Of a stretch of 64,000 bases of DNA, positions 1-13,723 are shown in pieces. The translations under genes and the position numbers were made by a program. Position 1 is the first letter of the stretch. Every line of letters begins with the position of its first letter. Source of the stretch: Lytechinus pictus (taxonomy: Eukaryota). The stretch lies in contig NC_087252.1 in assembly GCF_037042905.1 (NCBI RefSeq), positions 20,958,001-21,022,000 on the forward strand, read 5' to 3'. The notes under the pieces are model-generated. The model had not been told where the DNA came from. It worked only from the letters and a program-made list of their open reading frames with translations, and ran no database searches.

Positions 1-893
1 GGCTTCGATCTCTACGTCATTGTTTGAATCTTAATGCGTTGCTTTGCCGTAATTTTGATATGGACTGAAGTAACGAAATCATGCAAACTGCCGCAGATAA
101 ATCTTTTGGTCGCTAACTTCAGTCCTTATAAACTACGGTGAAGCCAAGCAAAGTGATGTCTGACTGAGAATTTGAACGATAACATAATGTTTAATCTTGG
201 GGCCCGGAAAGTTTAGCAAAAAAAATCCGGGCCCTGGAACTCGGAGCCACCGCTCAACACCGTTGCTGCAGCCCTAGAAAAAACCTGGCCCCGATAATCC
301 CAAATGCACTTTCTTACCCTGCGATGTTAGCGAACTAATTTAACCTTAACATTTGTCCGAATCAATTCATCGGCTTTTGGTTCAGAACCAAAACCCGATG
401 CAGAATCGGCTTGTGGTTTATCTTGCACTGCGTTTACACGCTGTTACAGCTAGCAGTGCAGAATCGGCTCGCGTGTCAAAAACCTGAATTGATACGCACA
501 CCAACAATATACGTCATAATAAAGACAACGCTGGATCCGTGCGCTTCCAATTACGTCACAATGGTAATGTAAATGAAATGTGCATTAGCAATGCAGAATA
601 AATTTACTGTTTACACGTAGTAAAAAGGCCAATTCTGCATCGGCTCGCGGTTCTGAACCTACTACTTTGTTGGTGCAAATTGCCGATTCTGAACCGCGAG
701 CCGATGCAAGTTAATCGTGTTTACACGCTATGAAAAATCCGATGCTGCATCGGCTCGCGGTTCTGAACCGCGAGCCGATGCAAAAGCCGATTAAGTGTAA
801 ACATGGTATATATTTCCATTGGAAATATCTTCTGTAACTTTCAAAAGGAGGGAAACTCTTGTGTAAAGACGCCATATTTACATTAAACACATT

Positions 894-1726
894 GGCCCAA
901 ATTCACAAAGGTGGTTTTGAAAACCCACGGTTGAGTCCATGGTTTATGCAGATTTCCTGTATAAATTATGCTTAATTTAGCACGTATCTGGCACGTGTAT
1001 AAAAAATGTCAAATTCTGATGCGCGCTTTTGTCGCAGTGCGCCAAATTGACGCCTGTTACCATGGTTAGATACGCTATTTTATTCATGAGTCCACTGTTG
1101 AATAGTGGACTCATTGGCCCGAATTCACAAAGGTGGTTTTGAAAACCCACGGTTGAGTCCATGGTTTATGTAGATTTCCTGTATAAATTACGCTTAATTT
1201 AGCGCGTATGTAAGAAATGTCCAATGCTAATGCGCGCTTTTGTCACAGTGCGCCAAATTGACGCCTGTTACCATGGTTATATAAATACGCTATTTTATTC
1301 ATGAGTCCACTGTTTTTATTCATGAGTCCACTCTTTAAACAGTGGACTCATGAATAAAATAGCGTATCTAACCATGGTAACAGGCGTCAATTTGACGCAC
1401 TGTGACAAAAGCGCGCATCAGCATTGGACATTTTTTATACACGCGCCAGATACGCGCTAAATTAAGCGTAATTTATACATGAAACCATGGGTTTTCAAAA
1501 CCACCTTTGTGAATTCGGGCCATTAATTCAAAACAGTGGACTCGTGAATAAAATAGCGTGGATAGCCACAGCAACATGCGTCAATTTGGCGCACTGTAAC
1601 ACAAGCGCGCATAAGCCTTGGACATATTTTGATATATGCTGTAAAATAAGCGTCATTTATACAGGAAATCTCCATAAACCATGGACTCACCCGGGGTTTT
1701 AAAAACCACCTTTTCGAATTCGGGTC
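894..1726. mobile_element. Palindromic MITE (GGCCCGAATTCACAAAGG termini, ATT TSD) containing a nested copy of the same family at 1116-1521
   Basis: Outer ends at 894/1726 are flanked by ATT (891-893, 1727-1729). Inner ends at 1116/1521 are flanked by ATT (1113-1115, 1522-1524). Same family as 62921-63353 and 43746-43985. Confidence 0.85.
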
Positions 1727-2778
1727 ATTGACTATTGCTCTCAAGGGGGGGGGGGGGGGGGCACAGGTCAATTGTGCCCATCTGGATCCGCTACTGTGAT
1801 TGTCAATACCAAGAAAATCATATTGAATGTTATCAATTAATTGATTACCTTTTGAAAACTGCTGCTCTGGAAATATGATTTCAGATCATTCTTTTTCTAT
1901 TAGATAATTTTCTCTTGCATATCTACATGATTGATGATCCAAACACGTTATGCAGCAGAGTAACTGTGTTATATTGATCTAAATATTTCCAGCATGCACA
2001 CACAGAAAATCTTGGGTGGGGGAATTTTATTTCTGTGACATCAATGTCAAACGTATTCCCAAGTGAATAAAATAGCGTATCTAACCATGGTAACAGGCGT
2101 CAATTTGACGCACTGTGACAAAAGCGCGCATCAGCATTGGACATTTTTTATACACGCGCCAGATACGCGCTAAATTAAGCGTAATTTATACATGAAACCA
2201 TGGGTTTTCAAAACCACCTTTGTGAATTCGGGCCATTAATTCAAAACAGTGGACTCGTGAATAAAATAGCGTGGATAGCCACAGCAACATGCGTCAATTT
2301 GGCGCACTGTAACACAAGCGCGCATAAGCCTTGGACATATTTTGATATATGCTGTAAAATAAGCGTCATTTATACAGGAAATCTCCATAAACCATGGACT
2401 CACCCGGGGTTTTAAAAACCACCTTTTCGAATTCGGGTCATTGACTATTGCTCTCAAGGGGGGGGGGGGGGCACAGGTCAATTGTGCCCATCTGGATCCG
2501 CTACTGTGATTGTCAATACCAAGAAAATCATATTGAATGTTATCAATTAATTGATTACCTTTTGAAAACTGCTGCTCTGGAAATATGATTTCAGATCATT
2601 CTTTTTCTATTAGATAATTTTCTCTTGCATATCTACATGATTGATGATCCAAACACGTTATGCAGCAGAGTAACTGTGTTATATTGATCTAAATATTTCC
2701 AGCATGCACACACAGAAAATCTTGGGTGGGGGAATTTTATTTCTGTGACATCAATGTCAAACGTATTCCCAAGTGAAT
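1351..2778. repeat. Near-identical ~713-bp direct tandem duplication
   Basis: 1351-2063 is repeated from 2064. Identical ORFs at 1487 and 2200 (offset 713). The only obvious difference is G-run length. TGAAT microhomology at the junction. Confidence 0.9.
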
Positions 2779-2936
2779 TTGCTGCATATGTTGAAATAAC
2801 AATGATAATGATGCTGTATATGAGTGAATCATTGAATTTTTGAGCTTAAAGGAAGCTTTACTATATTAGTATTATATTTTTGTTTGTATTTGCACATGCA
2901 TATTTTCCAAAGCTCAATTTTTTTATTTCATTTAAG

Positions 2937-3053
2937 ATTGGACGACGGATACACTGGATGATAATGTAGATGGTCCAGGATTATCAGGGAAGGATACTAC
3001 AGGTGCTGAACACAGAAAACCGTTTACAAGAAAACAACTGGAGTTTGTGAAAG
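2937..3053 (+). CDS. Probable internal coding exon of an unidentified gene (xWTTDTLDDNVDGPGLSGKDTTGAEHRKPFTRKQLEFVK)
   Basis: T-rich tract + AG acceptor, AAG|GTAATT donor, 117 nt open with symmetric phase 1. A possible terminal exon follows at 5791-5813 (DTKIDRI*). Confidence 0.5.
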
Positions 3054-3559
3054 GTAATTGTGTAAGAATTCACTTCATTAGAAAAAATTGCAAAGCTTCA
3101 TTAGATAAAACAGATTGTACTCCTGCAGTGGCATAGATGGAAAACAACTTGTGAGGAATGGTAAAAATCCTAAAAAAGGCCAACTGTCATCCCCATTTAT
3201 AGGAGTACAAGTCCTTTCTAACACCCCCCCCCCCCCCGGAAAAAAATCAATATGCTGGCTGGGGAGGGGGGGGGGTGGGCACTTTGGCCCCAGGTATGCA
3301 TGTGGTATGGCATTTGTCATCATTTGGGCAACTTCCCATTTAATATAACGGGTCATTTTCTGCTCATCTATGGTTAAACATGAATTTCTTTATCACATTG
3401 TACAAAATGTTTTGTTGATATTTGTTAATTGGTACTATTCAATTGAAGGGTGGTGTATAATGCAAATTTCTCGATATTTTAGAAAAAATCTATGAATTTC
3501 TCAAGAAAGCTTGCACACATTGATTGATTGATGTTTTGAACCTGTAGCTGACATACTGT

Positions 3560-3760
3560 CCTTTGCATTGTTTTCATCTTATATTCCGTATTACAGCTTC
3601 AAGGAATTAATCCTGCTGGGTACCCATTCACTTTACCTTGCTCGAGTGCAGCAAAGTGTGGATAAATGTGTTGCTGAAGGAAAACACCATTGCTAGGATT
3701 TGAACCCATGACCCTCTGTTTGAAAGGTGAGAGACAGAACCACTTGACCACGACGCACCC
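3560..3760 (-). mobile_element. tRNA-derived SINE (degenerate)
   Basis: Minus strand has A-box TGGTCAAGTGG and B-box GGTTCAAATCC, then a conserved body (...GTGAATGGGTACC..CAGGATTAATTCCTTGAA) shared with copies at ~52755-53273, ~60910-61140 and ~42840-42980. Confidence 0.7.
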
Positions 3761-4730
3761 ACAATTTACAAGCTGATGTCATATTCCCACTTGTTCTTTT
3801 GTATTTTAAAACAAGAAGTCCTGTTTATTCACATTTTGACCTCCAAGAACTAAATAGTGGAGTGAAAATGTATTTAATGTGAACATATGCATTGCTGGAA
3901 ATCACTTCATGATATGTGGGACAAATCATACACACGTGTATGAAAATATGAAATGATTATGATTTCATTTAATTACATAAGCCTAACAAATATTCCTGAC
4001 GATCGTGTGCACATTCCAGTAATATTTCCCAAAATGTTGCTAAACTTTCAAATTAAAGACTTCGTTATCAGATTTTAATGAAATTGTCAACATTATGCTT
4101 TTCTGATTCATTCTCTTCCTACCTAAATCTCCCATTTTCTCATGCTTTCTTTCTATGGTCCCCTTCATTCTCCTTATCACTATGTTATAGGTAAAATGTA
4201 ACCGGTCGTCTAACACATTTGATTGAAGGGTTAGGTACTCACATTTAAAAGTTATGTGATTCAAACACACAAAGTGTACATCAGACAAAAAAAAAACACT
4301 GAAAATTTCATCAAAATTGAATGAGTATTAACGAAGTTATGACGAATTAATGTTGTTAATTTTTTTGGTAAAACAATCATAATTTATATATTTTTTTGTA
4401 TTATATGAATTCAAATTTTGTCAGCTAGGTTGTAAGAATTTACGATTGACTACTGATTTACTGTGTAAGACAATAATCTTATTATTTCTCACACATAGAT
4501 AAGTAATTCATCTGATTCAACACAACAAAAAAGAAACAAGTGTATCTTGTATTTATTGTTTTATATATATTTTGCAAAATATTAGAAAAAGAGGTCTCTA
4601 TTTTTCTTCTGTTTTTTTCAGTATTTCAAATTGAATAATTTCTTTTTCCTATTTTCATTATATTATCTTTCTATTTGTGATAATTCATTTATTTCTTTAT
4701 GTATCTTTATTGTATTTATGATAAAATTTT

Positions 4731-5261
4731 GGCGTGTTTCTACAGAAATCATTAAGAAACGGTTTATCTTTACCCGATTCGAAATAACCTTATCGCCCTT
4801 AAACCAACCTGTTTCTACAGACTGAACAATCTGATTAACTCGCATTTCGCGTCACAAATACGGCGGAAATCGGAAAATTCAACCTATAACCTCACATAGC
4901 ATCTCGCTAGGAAAATTTTCAAATTTTATGGTAGATCTCACTCAATGTAGCAGGTATACACATTGTGCGATCAGCTGGCAAGATCGAAAAGGCCAGAATA
5001 TATGCATACTGCGAAATTGCACTTCCGGGTTCAAGCACTTCCGCCAGACACAATACGCTATTTTGCCCTGTGTTTTTACAGAAAATTTAAACGGATTAAC
5101 ATGGCAATAACCACCTCTCAGAGATGGTTATGACAAACCGTATTTTGCGCGATGCAGTTTATCAATAAACCGCATCGCGTCTGTTTCTACAGGAAAGTTT
5201 TCCGGGATTCTGGATACTTACGCGTGTAATACCTTTTAACGATTCTATGTAGAAACACGCC
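4731..5261. mobile_element. MITE with 14-bp TIRs GGCGTGTTTCTACA (Harbinger-like)
   Basis: GGCGTGTTTCTACA at 4731 and TGTAGAAACACGCC ending at 5261; internal GTTTCTACAG repeats. Confidence 0.65.
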
Positions 5262-6009
5262 GTTTGATAATCTTTTTAGGTGAAAAGAAAATAGAGAACG
5301 ATTTTGGGGTTCTATTTTTTTTTTTTGGGGGGGGTACTATTATCCCCCTTTTGGGGATAATTAATTTCTTCTAGGTTTGGTACCCTTTATTCATTTGGCC
5401 ATGTGAAGGCTATCACACATTTTGAGTTTAATCTTCGAAACTTGGTGTTCATTAGTTTGTTGTCCAAACTATGTCTTTCATGTAAATTTGTTTATAGGAA
5501 GATTAACATAATATCTATGTGGAGTGCAATCATTGATCTCTTGTAGAGCCGCACAGTCACATGTATTCATAATACTGGTGCTTTTATGCCATACTTGTCA
5601 ATACTCTTTTGTACTTAAACTTATTAGTAAAAAAAAATGTTTTATTAATGTATGCAGAACAGTGGTTTTGCCAGGTACTCAATCCATGTAAAAAAAGCAA
5701 TCAGAGAGAAGAGGTTTATTCTTGAAAATGTTAGTCTTCATTTGTTGTGTTTTTCAATCAAACTCAGTCTTGATACATGTTTATTTTTAGATACCAAGAT
5801 TGACAGAATATAGATGTCATCGAGTAGCAAAGTCATATATATTCATAACTTATGTGCTTTAATGATAAAGTCTATACTTGTGAATACTCTGTGCTATTTA
5901 TGCTTAAACTTCTTATAGTAAAAACATTTTATTGACGTTCTTGAAATAACTGTTTTCATCATTTTGTTTTCTTGTGCATACTTAATCCATCATTGAACCT
6001 ACTATTAAC

Positions 6010-6996
6010 CCCAGATATATGCTGTTCACCATTGGTCTACCATTCACTGTACTTTATTGGCCTACTATACATTGTACACCTTTGATCTACTGTCTATCAT
6101 TCAGTGTAAACCATTGGTCTACCATTCACTGTACACATGTGGTCTATAGTGTATGGCCAATGGTGTAAATTGAATGATTGACCAATAGTAAAGAGTGTAT
6201 GGTATGACAATGGTGTACAGTAAAAGGGTAGGCCAATGGTGTACGGTAAGTGGTAGGTCAATGGTGTACGGTGTATGGTAAGCCAATGGTGTACGGTAAA
6301 TGATAGGTCAATGGTGCACGGTGTATGACGAATGGTAGGTGAATGGTGTACGGTGAATGGTACGCAAATGGTGTATGGTGAATGGTACGCGAATGGTGTA
6401 AGGTGAATGGTACGCGAATGGTATACGGTGAATGGTACGTGAATGGTGTACGGTGAATGGTACGCGAATGGTGTATGGTGAATGGTACGCGAATGGTGTA
6501 CGGTGAATGGTACGCGAATGGTGTATGGTGAATGGTACGCGAATGGTGTACGGTGAATGGTACGCGAATGGTGTACGGTGAATGGTACGCGAATGGTATA
6601 TGGTGAATGGTAGGTCAATGGTGTATGGTAGGCAATGGGGTACGGTGAATGGTGGAAGGTGAATGGTAGGCCAATGGTGTCCAGTGAACGGTGGCTGAAT
6701 GGTAAATGGTAGGCCAGTGAATGGTGGTCAATGGTAAACCTGTCTATAGTGGCCATATGGTAGATCAATGGTGAATGGTGTTTGATCAATGGTATATGAA
6801 TGGTAAATGGTGCTCATGAATATGGTAATAGTAACGCCCCAATTATTTAAATTAGTTTGAATGGTATACCATTGGGGCTTGAATGGTATACCATTGGTGT
6901 ATGGTGGGTGCTGTGCGAATGGTATTCCAATGGTATATCAATGGTGTATGGTAAATGGTAGTCAATGGTATACCATTCAATTTTTTTTATAAGGGG
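6010..6996. repeat. ATGGT/ACCAT-rich element with a 25-bp minisatellite core (GAATGGTGTACGGTGAATGGTACGC)n, probably a non-autonomous CACTA/EnSpm-like transposon
   Basis: 25-bp unit tandemly repeated at ~6340-6610; inverted ACCAT/ATGGT subterminal motifs; ends TTTTTTATAAGGG. Confidence 0.7.
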
Positions 6997-6997
6997 G

Positions 6998-7387
6998 GGT
7001 GAAATACCGCAGTTTGCAATCTGAACTGCGGTACGTTCTCAAACAGGGGTTTGACGTAATGATTAAAATATTGTATAAAGGATGTCATTTTTGCCCCAAC
7101 ACTACGTGTTTAGACTCCCGATTTGCGCGAGGTGAGGAAGGTGTGGCCGTACTAAACCGTGACACAACAATAAAATATCGCCGTATACTTGTTTAGGGGG
7201 TTCATTTCAGGGAATACTTGCCAAGAGTATAGTTTTGTTTCCAATACTTGTTAAGGGTAGGGTTTCAGACGCCAATACTTGTTAAGGGGTGCATTTTCAG
7301 AACATGGAAAATACGTGTTTAGGGTGCTTTTCAAGACCCCGTGGTCGCGCATGGTATCCACTCGTCAATGGAAGTGGCCCCCCCGGG
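6998..7387. mobile_element. Partial copy of the CCGGGGG-TIR element family
   Basis: Reverse-complement match to the left part of 35454-36037; ends GTCAATGGAAGTGGCCCCCCCGGG. Confidence 0.7.
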
Positions 7388-7895
7388 ACGTCATGCATGT
7401 GACATCTTAATCTCACAACGCGCTCCCTGAGAGGATATAAGAATATGTATTGAATGAGTTGTCAGAGATATACCAAATGCAGATAACCAATGGATTTAGC
7501 CTCAAAGATGGCAACTTTTTCAGAATGAGTTCACATCTAACCAAGATAGCAAGTACAGGGTCCCATCTTAGAGTTGCAATTGATCTGATTGACCGCAACT
7601 GTGGAAAGCCAGCACTGCAAACATCTTAAATGCATGTGCATGTTTGTTCAAAATGTTTTCTAGATGATGTATACTCATATATATTCACTGTTGTCTTGGT
7701 GTGGTTCCTCTTTGTTTACAAATGACATTGTGCAATATGACAATAATGGATTTTCATATGTTTGAGGTCGATTGGATCCATCACAACTCTCTGTAAGATG
7801 GAATCCAGGGTAGCATTTCATGAAAGGACTTGTTAGACGGTTTTTATGACAATCCCATTTTATCTGACAGTTACCATAGTAACAGCCCTTCTCCG

Positions 7896-8176
7896 TCAAT
7901 CAAAATCAAGGAAAGTTGTCGGATCTGTCAACTTGTCGGACAAAAATGTTGATGGAACGCTCCCCAGGTCTACCGTACCTGTAGCGAGTTTCTTGGTAGC
8001 AGGGCCGCCGGTATCACCCCCTGCCTCTCCTCCGGGCCTGCCCCTGCCTTCCTGCTCGGGTACTGGTCTCTTTGCTTTCTGCTCTGCCAAAGCTGCTCTA
8101 TCCTTCCTCAGCTGGCTGTACTGGGCCTGGACACGCTCGATGAGGTCTCCCTGTAAGACGGGGTCATATCCAGTAC
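7896..8176 (-). CDS. Last coding exon of Sp17/CABYR-like RIIa-domain protein (STGYDPVLQGDLIERVQAQY...FLDFD*)
   Basis: ATACAG acceptor; phase 1 matches the donor at 9210; GC-rich coding-like sequence; TGYDP aligns with the Sp17 TNFDP segment; TGA stop at 7898-7896. Confidence 0.8.
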
Positions 8177-9209
8177 CTGTATGCATTCAACATTAAAATA
8201 AAAGAGTTGTATTGGTTTGAGTTTGATCCTCATTAAGTGTCACAAAATGGTTCTTGATAATGCAAAGAATCAACCATGTATACCCAAAATAATGATGGAA
8301 GACTTCCCAAAGACTGGAGTTCTTGAACCATTGTGCGCGGGCAAGCAAAGATCCAATGACTATGGTAATAATATATAAGCACTTAGAGATGTTATGTTGC
8401 ATTTAGCGCCATACAAAAGTGAATTTTGTGAAATATCATTATTATTATAATACTAAACATACAATTAATATTTCCTTGGAAAAGACAAGAGTGGGGGCTA
8501 GGAAACGGGGGGGGGGGGGGTTCCATTTCATGAGGGAAGCACTTAACCTGTTTTATATCCTTTTCATTCTTTACCTACCCTAAGATTGAAAATTTTGATA
8601 TTTTCTCTTTATGCCTATCCCAATTAGACTATATGTCCTCCATTCCCTGTCTTGGCATTTGATTACCTTCTCATCCTGTTTGAGACTGGCTAATTCTGAT
8701 ATAACAAGTACATGTATTTGCGATCTACCAACACTGTATATGGACAGGCTCAGTCTCTCACTCTCTAATTATATGGGTTCCCTTATGAACACACTAATCA
8801 ATTTTATAATAGTGGCAAAAAGAAGCTGCTGAAAACTGCTTATCTAAAAAAAAGAGAGCCAATGGAGTAAATTAGAGAGTAAAAAGGGGCCTAAGCTTTC
8901 GATCCTAACAGAATCTTCGTCGGAGACAAAATGACAAACAATTTTATAATAATAACACTAAACTTATACACACAGGGTAGCCACTTCAACTGTTAGCTGA
9001 TTTTCAAGAAGGCACTGCATAACATGTTAAAATTATCCTTCTCCATTCTCAAAAGTCAAGGACTTGAGAAAAAGGCAGAAAGTCCGATTTTTTTCAAGTA
9101 TTTGGTATGACTTGACAGGGGTTTGAACCCATGACCTCCCATTCAAGAGGCGGATGTTCTACCACTAAGCCAACACGTACGCCTGGCTAAAGTAACAAGT
9201 CATACTCAC

Positions 9210-9360
9210 TGTCTCTGATTTTGAGTACATCCTGGAGGAAGTCTGCAATGAACTTGATGTTGTCCTTGGGTTGCTCCCGGAGGACCTCGTGAGAGATGAG
9301 GCGGATGATGTTCTGGAATCCGGGAGGGACGGAGAGTCTCACCGTCCCATACCTCATGGA
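9210..9360 (-). CDS. RIIa (PKA-R dimerisation/docking) domain exon of a sperm protein 17/CABYR-like protein
   Basis: Translates SMRYGTVRLSVPPGFQNIIRLISHEVLREQPKDNIKFIADFLQDVLKIRD, matching the Sp17-type motif (IPxGFxNLLxxxxREILREQPxNIxxFAAxY). Donor A|GTGAGT. Acceptor ambiguous (exon start 9386 or 9360); ATG at 9357. Confidence 0.85.
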
Positions 9361-10436
9361 CTGGTTGGATAGGCTGTCAGTTAGATCTGGAGATAATATC
9401 GTGAAAACTGTTAAAATCTACTGAAATCCTTGCATCTGATTGGCTGAACACAAATTAGTCAGTAAAATCACCAAGAGGGTGCTTCATGTAATACATGAAT
9501 GAAAACAGTTGATTATTAATATGACATATGTATTCAGGCTTTGAACTGTAAGGTCCAGGGATCAATACCCCCTGTAACGTTCACATCCTTAGCAAAGGCA
9601 TTTAACCCGTTTTTGCTAAAGTCAGTTACTGATTTAAATACTGAATATCTGACATAAAACTATGCTTGCTCTATATGTACATTTCATTCATCTCCATCAA
9701 CTTCAGAAAATGATATGACCATGGAAAGATAAAGGAGACAGTAAAAAAAAAAGCTTTACATAGATAAGCCATGACCTGGCTACAGAGGAAGTAAAATAAG
9801 GTTAAAACAGGGTGCAAAATTAATATATAATATATCAATCCTGAAATATATAATGCAATGTAATGACAATATAAAATGATATGATATTATTTATTACATC
9901 ATATACATGTTTACTTATAATAGAGAATCCCGAGTTACAGCTTTCTTGCTGCAAACAGAGAATATGCATGCTGTATCCATGGACAACACACACCAACAGA
10001 GATCGTGTATAAATCATGCAGTAGCTATCAGTAGCAAACACGCTCCGTACCAAACTGTAATAATTGCATGCCTCCGGGGAAAAGAGGCACAATCATCTTG
10101 CTCTCCTGGCCTTGTTTAGATGCACCTACAACAAAACGGCTTGAATAATGCATTATTTCCCCCAAGAGCATCACTGGCATCATGCAGCGTGTAGACAGCT
10201 AGACTGCATAATAAACTGTCTGTCACAATGGTTGATTGTGAAAGAATGAACCTTGCATTAAGAAAGAGGATGTATATTGAAATGAATTCAATTCTTTTCA
10301 ATTAAATTCAAGTAAAAACTTATAATCAACAAATTGAGCATCAAATGTTCCGATAAATTTGTAAAAATTCAAAGGCTTATGACAAGAACAGGGAAAATTG
10401 TATTATTCTATATCCAGACAGGCCTGAAACTTGTAG

Positions 10437-10823
10437 CAGGGTTCCCAGCTTTTCGAGAAAACAAAATTTCCTGATATTTCCCTGGTTTTTCCCTGATGAA
10501 GTTTAAAAATTCCCTGATCTTACCCATTCCCAGTTTTGCATGTTTTCTAGGTTGTTGCAGTGAATTACATGTATTTTCAGTATAAAAAACAATGTAAAAC
10601 TAATAACCAGTCATTCAATGGATGTTGTTTTGATATGCAACAAAATATAACAGAGTCTGACTGACTACCGTGCTTTTGACTTTTGGACCGATCAAAATTC
10701 TCTGATTTTTCCCTCATTTTAGGCATTTTCCCTGATTTGAGGTATTTTTTTCATCAAATTCCCTGATTTTTTCCTGACTGGCAAAAAGGAAAATAATTTT
10801 CCCCTGATGGGCTGGGAACCCTA
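10437..10823. mobile_element. hAT-like MITE (CAGGGTTCCCAGC TIRs, TTCCCTGA internal repeats)
   Basis: TIR at 10437 and GCTGGGAACCCT at ~10811-10822; second copy in the opposite orientation from 63848. Confidence 0.75.
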
Positions 10824-11635
10824 GCTGTGTAGAGTATGCCATTGTATATTATATTGGAAAATATGAACACAGAAGGTAGTATGTACATGCAGGAAAGAAA
10901 GAAGAAGGAAACGTGGTTGGAAAAAGGCTGCAACTCACGATATCTCAAGAACAAGATTTGCAAAAAGGTAGATTGATTTTAATACAGGATGGTAGGAAAA
11001 ATTCATAGTTTTCTGAACAATGATATTTATAATCATCAAAATACTTGTACAATAATACTTTAGATGAGGTTTCATGAAATCACACTTAGCTTGATTATCA
11101 AAATCTTATTTTTATCATTTTACATGTAAAATAGAATTTGTATCCTGAATTTCAGGTAATGTATTCCAACATTTAAGATATGATGTAACGAGTATTCCAT
11201 GAATCACCAAGATTAAATTTAATGAAATTATGTATAACATATAACATACATGTACCAAATATACTTTGATTATGATTTATTAAAAGCTACAGTAACTATG
11301 AATCTAATTTTCAAACGTCTGTGTGTGTGTGTACTTGTAGCGATAATGCAAAAGATCTCTCTACAAGTTGATGAACAGATCCATTGAAATGGATGCTCAA
11401 CTGTGAAGAGGGGAGGGGGGTGGGTTAAATATATTCATGGTCAAATTGCTCCCATTGAATGAATACCACTCACACGTACTTTGAATGTTTGAGCATGTTC
11501 CCCATGAGCCCATCTTTATAATCAATGTACTTGTAGTACTCCTGTAGACGCAATCATCACATTGACTAAAGTTTAACAACAAAACTAAATTGTATTTTAC
11601 TAAAAGTAAAACATGCATGAAGGTACTTCATTTAA

Positions 11636-12481
11636 CTCTTTGCCCGCCACGTACACTATCCCCTCTGAGCCACACTAATTTTGGGGTGCCACATTCAGAG
11701 GGGGTTTGCATGCACTGTCTTATTCAACTCGCAATAACTTTTTACTGGTTTGTGGTATTGAAAAAAATTGTGTAGCTAAGTTTTAGAAACATAAATATTC
11801 TTGCCAATGGTATCATTTTTGCTATGTATAAAATCATAGATTTTGAGAATTTTAACTTTACATTCTGTTTCCAATTTTTTGTTTAGGAGGGTATCTTATA
11901 CCTCTTATATTCAATACTTCCTAATGAAGGTTAAATTTCTAAGTTAGTCCATTGAAAAAATGTGTTCTTTAGCTTTCATTACATACCTAATCCATGTCTT
12001 TATGGTCATTATGAGCTAAGCAGTTTAGGATTGAAATGGGGCATTCAAAAAGAGTAAACTGACAATGAACTAAACTCTTCTATTGAAATTGTCCCTGGCT
12101 ACTTCTCAATAGACTTCCCGTCCTGGGAGACTTCCCGTCTTTTGATACTTTGATCCCCTTATTGTTATAGGGAGGTGGCAATTTGTATCATTCTTTTATT
12201 ACAAGGAAAGCAGTGCAAGCTATTGAAAGCTCATCGAAATATATCCTAAAGCAGTTCAAAAAACTCAATTTTACGCGAAAAATCTCTATGTAAACAACGT
12301 CGGCGAAAGCTATAACACGAAAGCTAGACTCGTAAACAATGCAATACACACGTCGCTATTGTATGTGTGTGCACACAATTACAATTAAATGCGTTCCGTA
12401 TGCATTGTGTGCAAACTGTGACTTGAGTCGTCGTTGGCAGTCCGCTGTATGTGCCGCGAGTCGTCCGTGGCGGGCAAAGAG
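11636..12481. mobile_element. piggyBac-like non-autonomous element (TTAA TSD, 16-bp TIR CTCTTTGCCCGCCACG)
   Basis: TTAA|CTCTTTGCCCGCCACG ... CGTGGCGGGCAAAGAG|TTAA. Confidence 0.8.
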
Positions 12482-13723
12482 TTAAAGACTAGGCCAAGTG
12501 CACTTTGAAATGTAAAAAAGAATGAGACCAAAGTCAAAGAACATTTTTGGCTTTTAGGATTTTGTTTAAGTCATCATAACCACTATCAGAATGCTACTAG
12601 CAGATAAAATGGGGAAAAGAAATCAAATGTTAAAGGTTATCTCAATAACCTTTTTTTTTGTTCTCATTTTAATTCAAGTCAGTGGTTTGACCTAGGCCTA
12701 ACTTAGATCTAATCAACAAATTATACGTGTTTGGACATTTACTATTAACTTTATGCATTTCTTTAATTTTTTTATTTTCGCAAAGGCCCAATTCCAATTT
12801 ATTAACGAATAACAGTTAAGGTAGAGTCTAAGTCTACGATTATGGCAATTCTGAAAAGTTAAAGTTTAAGAAACAGTGCTGGCTTTCAAAGACAAACTAA
12901 GTACAGATCTAGCCAGACCTATACTACGTTAGGACCCCAAGCCAAGGACAAGGCCTGCCCTGGCTAAACTTCTAAAGTAAGGCTTAAGCCTAGCCCTAGG
13001 GCCTAAAGATTTTTTCCCATTTTTTTCTTACCCTGCACTCTACAGTCTACAGAGACAATTATTAAAAGATCTGATTCAAGACAAAATGGCAAAAATTTCA
13101 ACTTCTTAAATTTCAAGCAAAGCCAAAGGCAAAGGACAGCCGGGCCCAGGCCTTGCCTTGTACTACTAGTTGTAATGCATTATTTCTCATTATAAATCCT
13201 GGATTGAAAGGTGTGTAAATAATGTCATGACTCCGACCTATGACTAGATCTACATCACATGTAGGTCTCGAAAGTAGAAATCTAGAATATATGTCATGTA
13301 AGTATGTAGGGGGTCCTAACTTAACGCGAGACCTAGTCCATGACTGAAACCCGGGTGTTGGACAAGCATGGCCATGGGCGGAAATCTGTCCCCAAAGGTA
13401 GGGGGGACCAGGGGCTGGAAACTTTAACAAGCCAAAAAAAAAGTTATCACCCAAATTGCCAAAATGTAACATTTAAATTTTAGCCATTTTGACCAAAACA
13501 ATTTCACAAGCAAAAAAAAGTTTACCCAAAAAATGTAAGGTCAGATATAGGCCCTAGTCCAAAATACATGTATTATTCATTTAAAAAAAAACAGTAGGGG
13601 GACATTTCATGTTGTGTCCCCCTACTATTTTTGGTAGGGAGACGCGTCCCCCTGACCTGTCCCAATGAGATTTCCGCCCATGAGTTGAACTAAGTGAGTT
13701 GGACAAGGTAGAGTTACACTTAC

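Noticed and set aside
1487..2481. Duplicated 71-82-aa ORFs
   Set aside because: They lie within MITE sequence and the tandem duplication; no coding features.
6097..6789. 230-aa His/Thr/Pro-rich ORF
   Set aside because: Translation of a 25-bp minisatellite (25-aa period = 3 units); no splice or coding signal.
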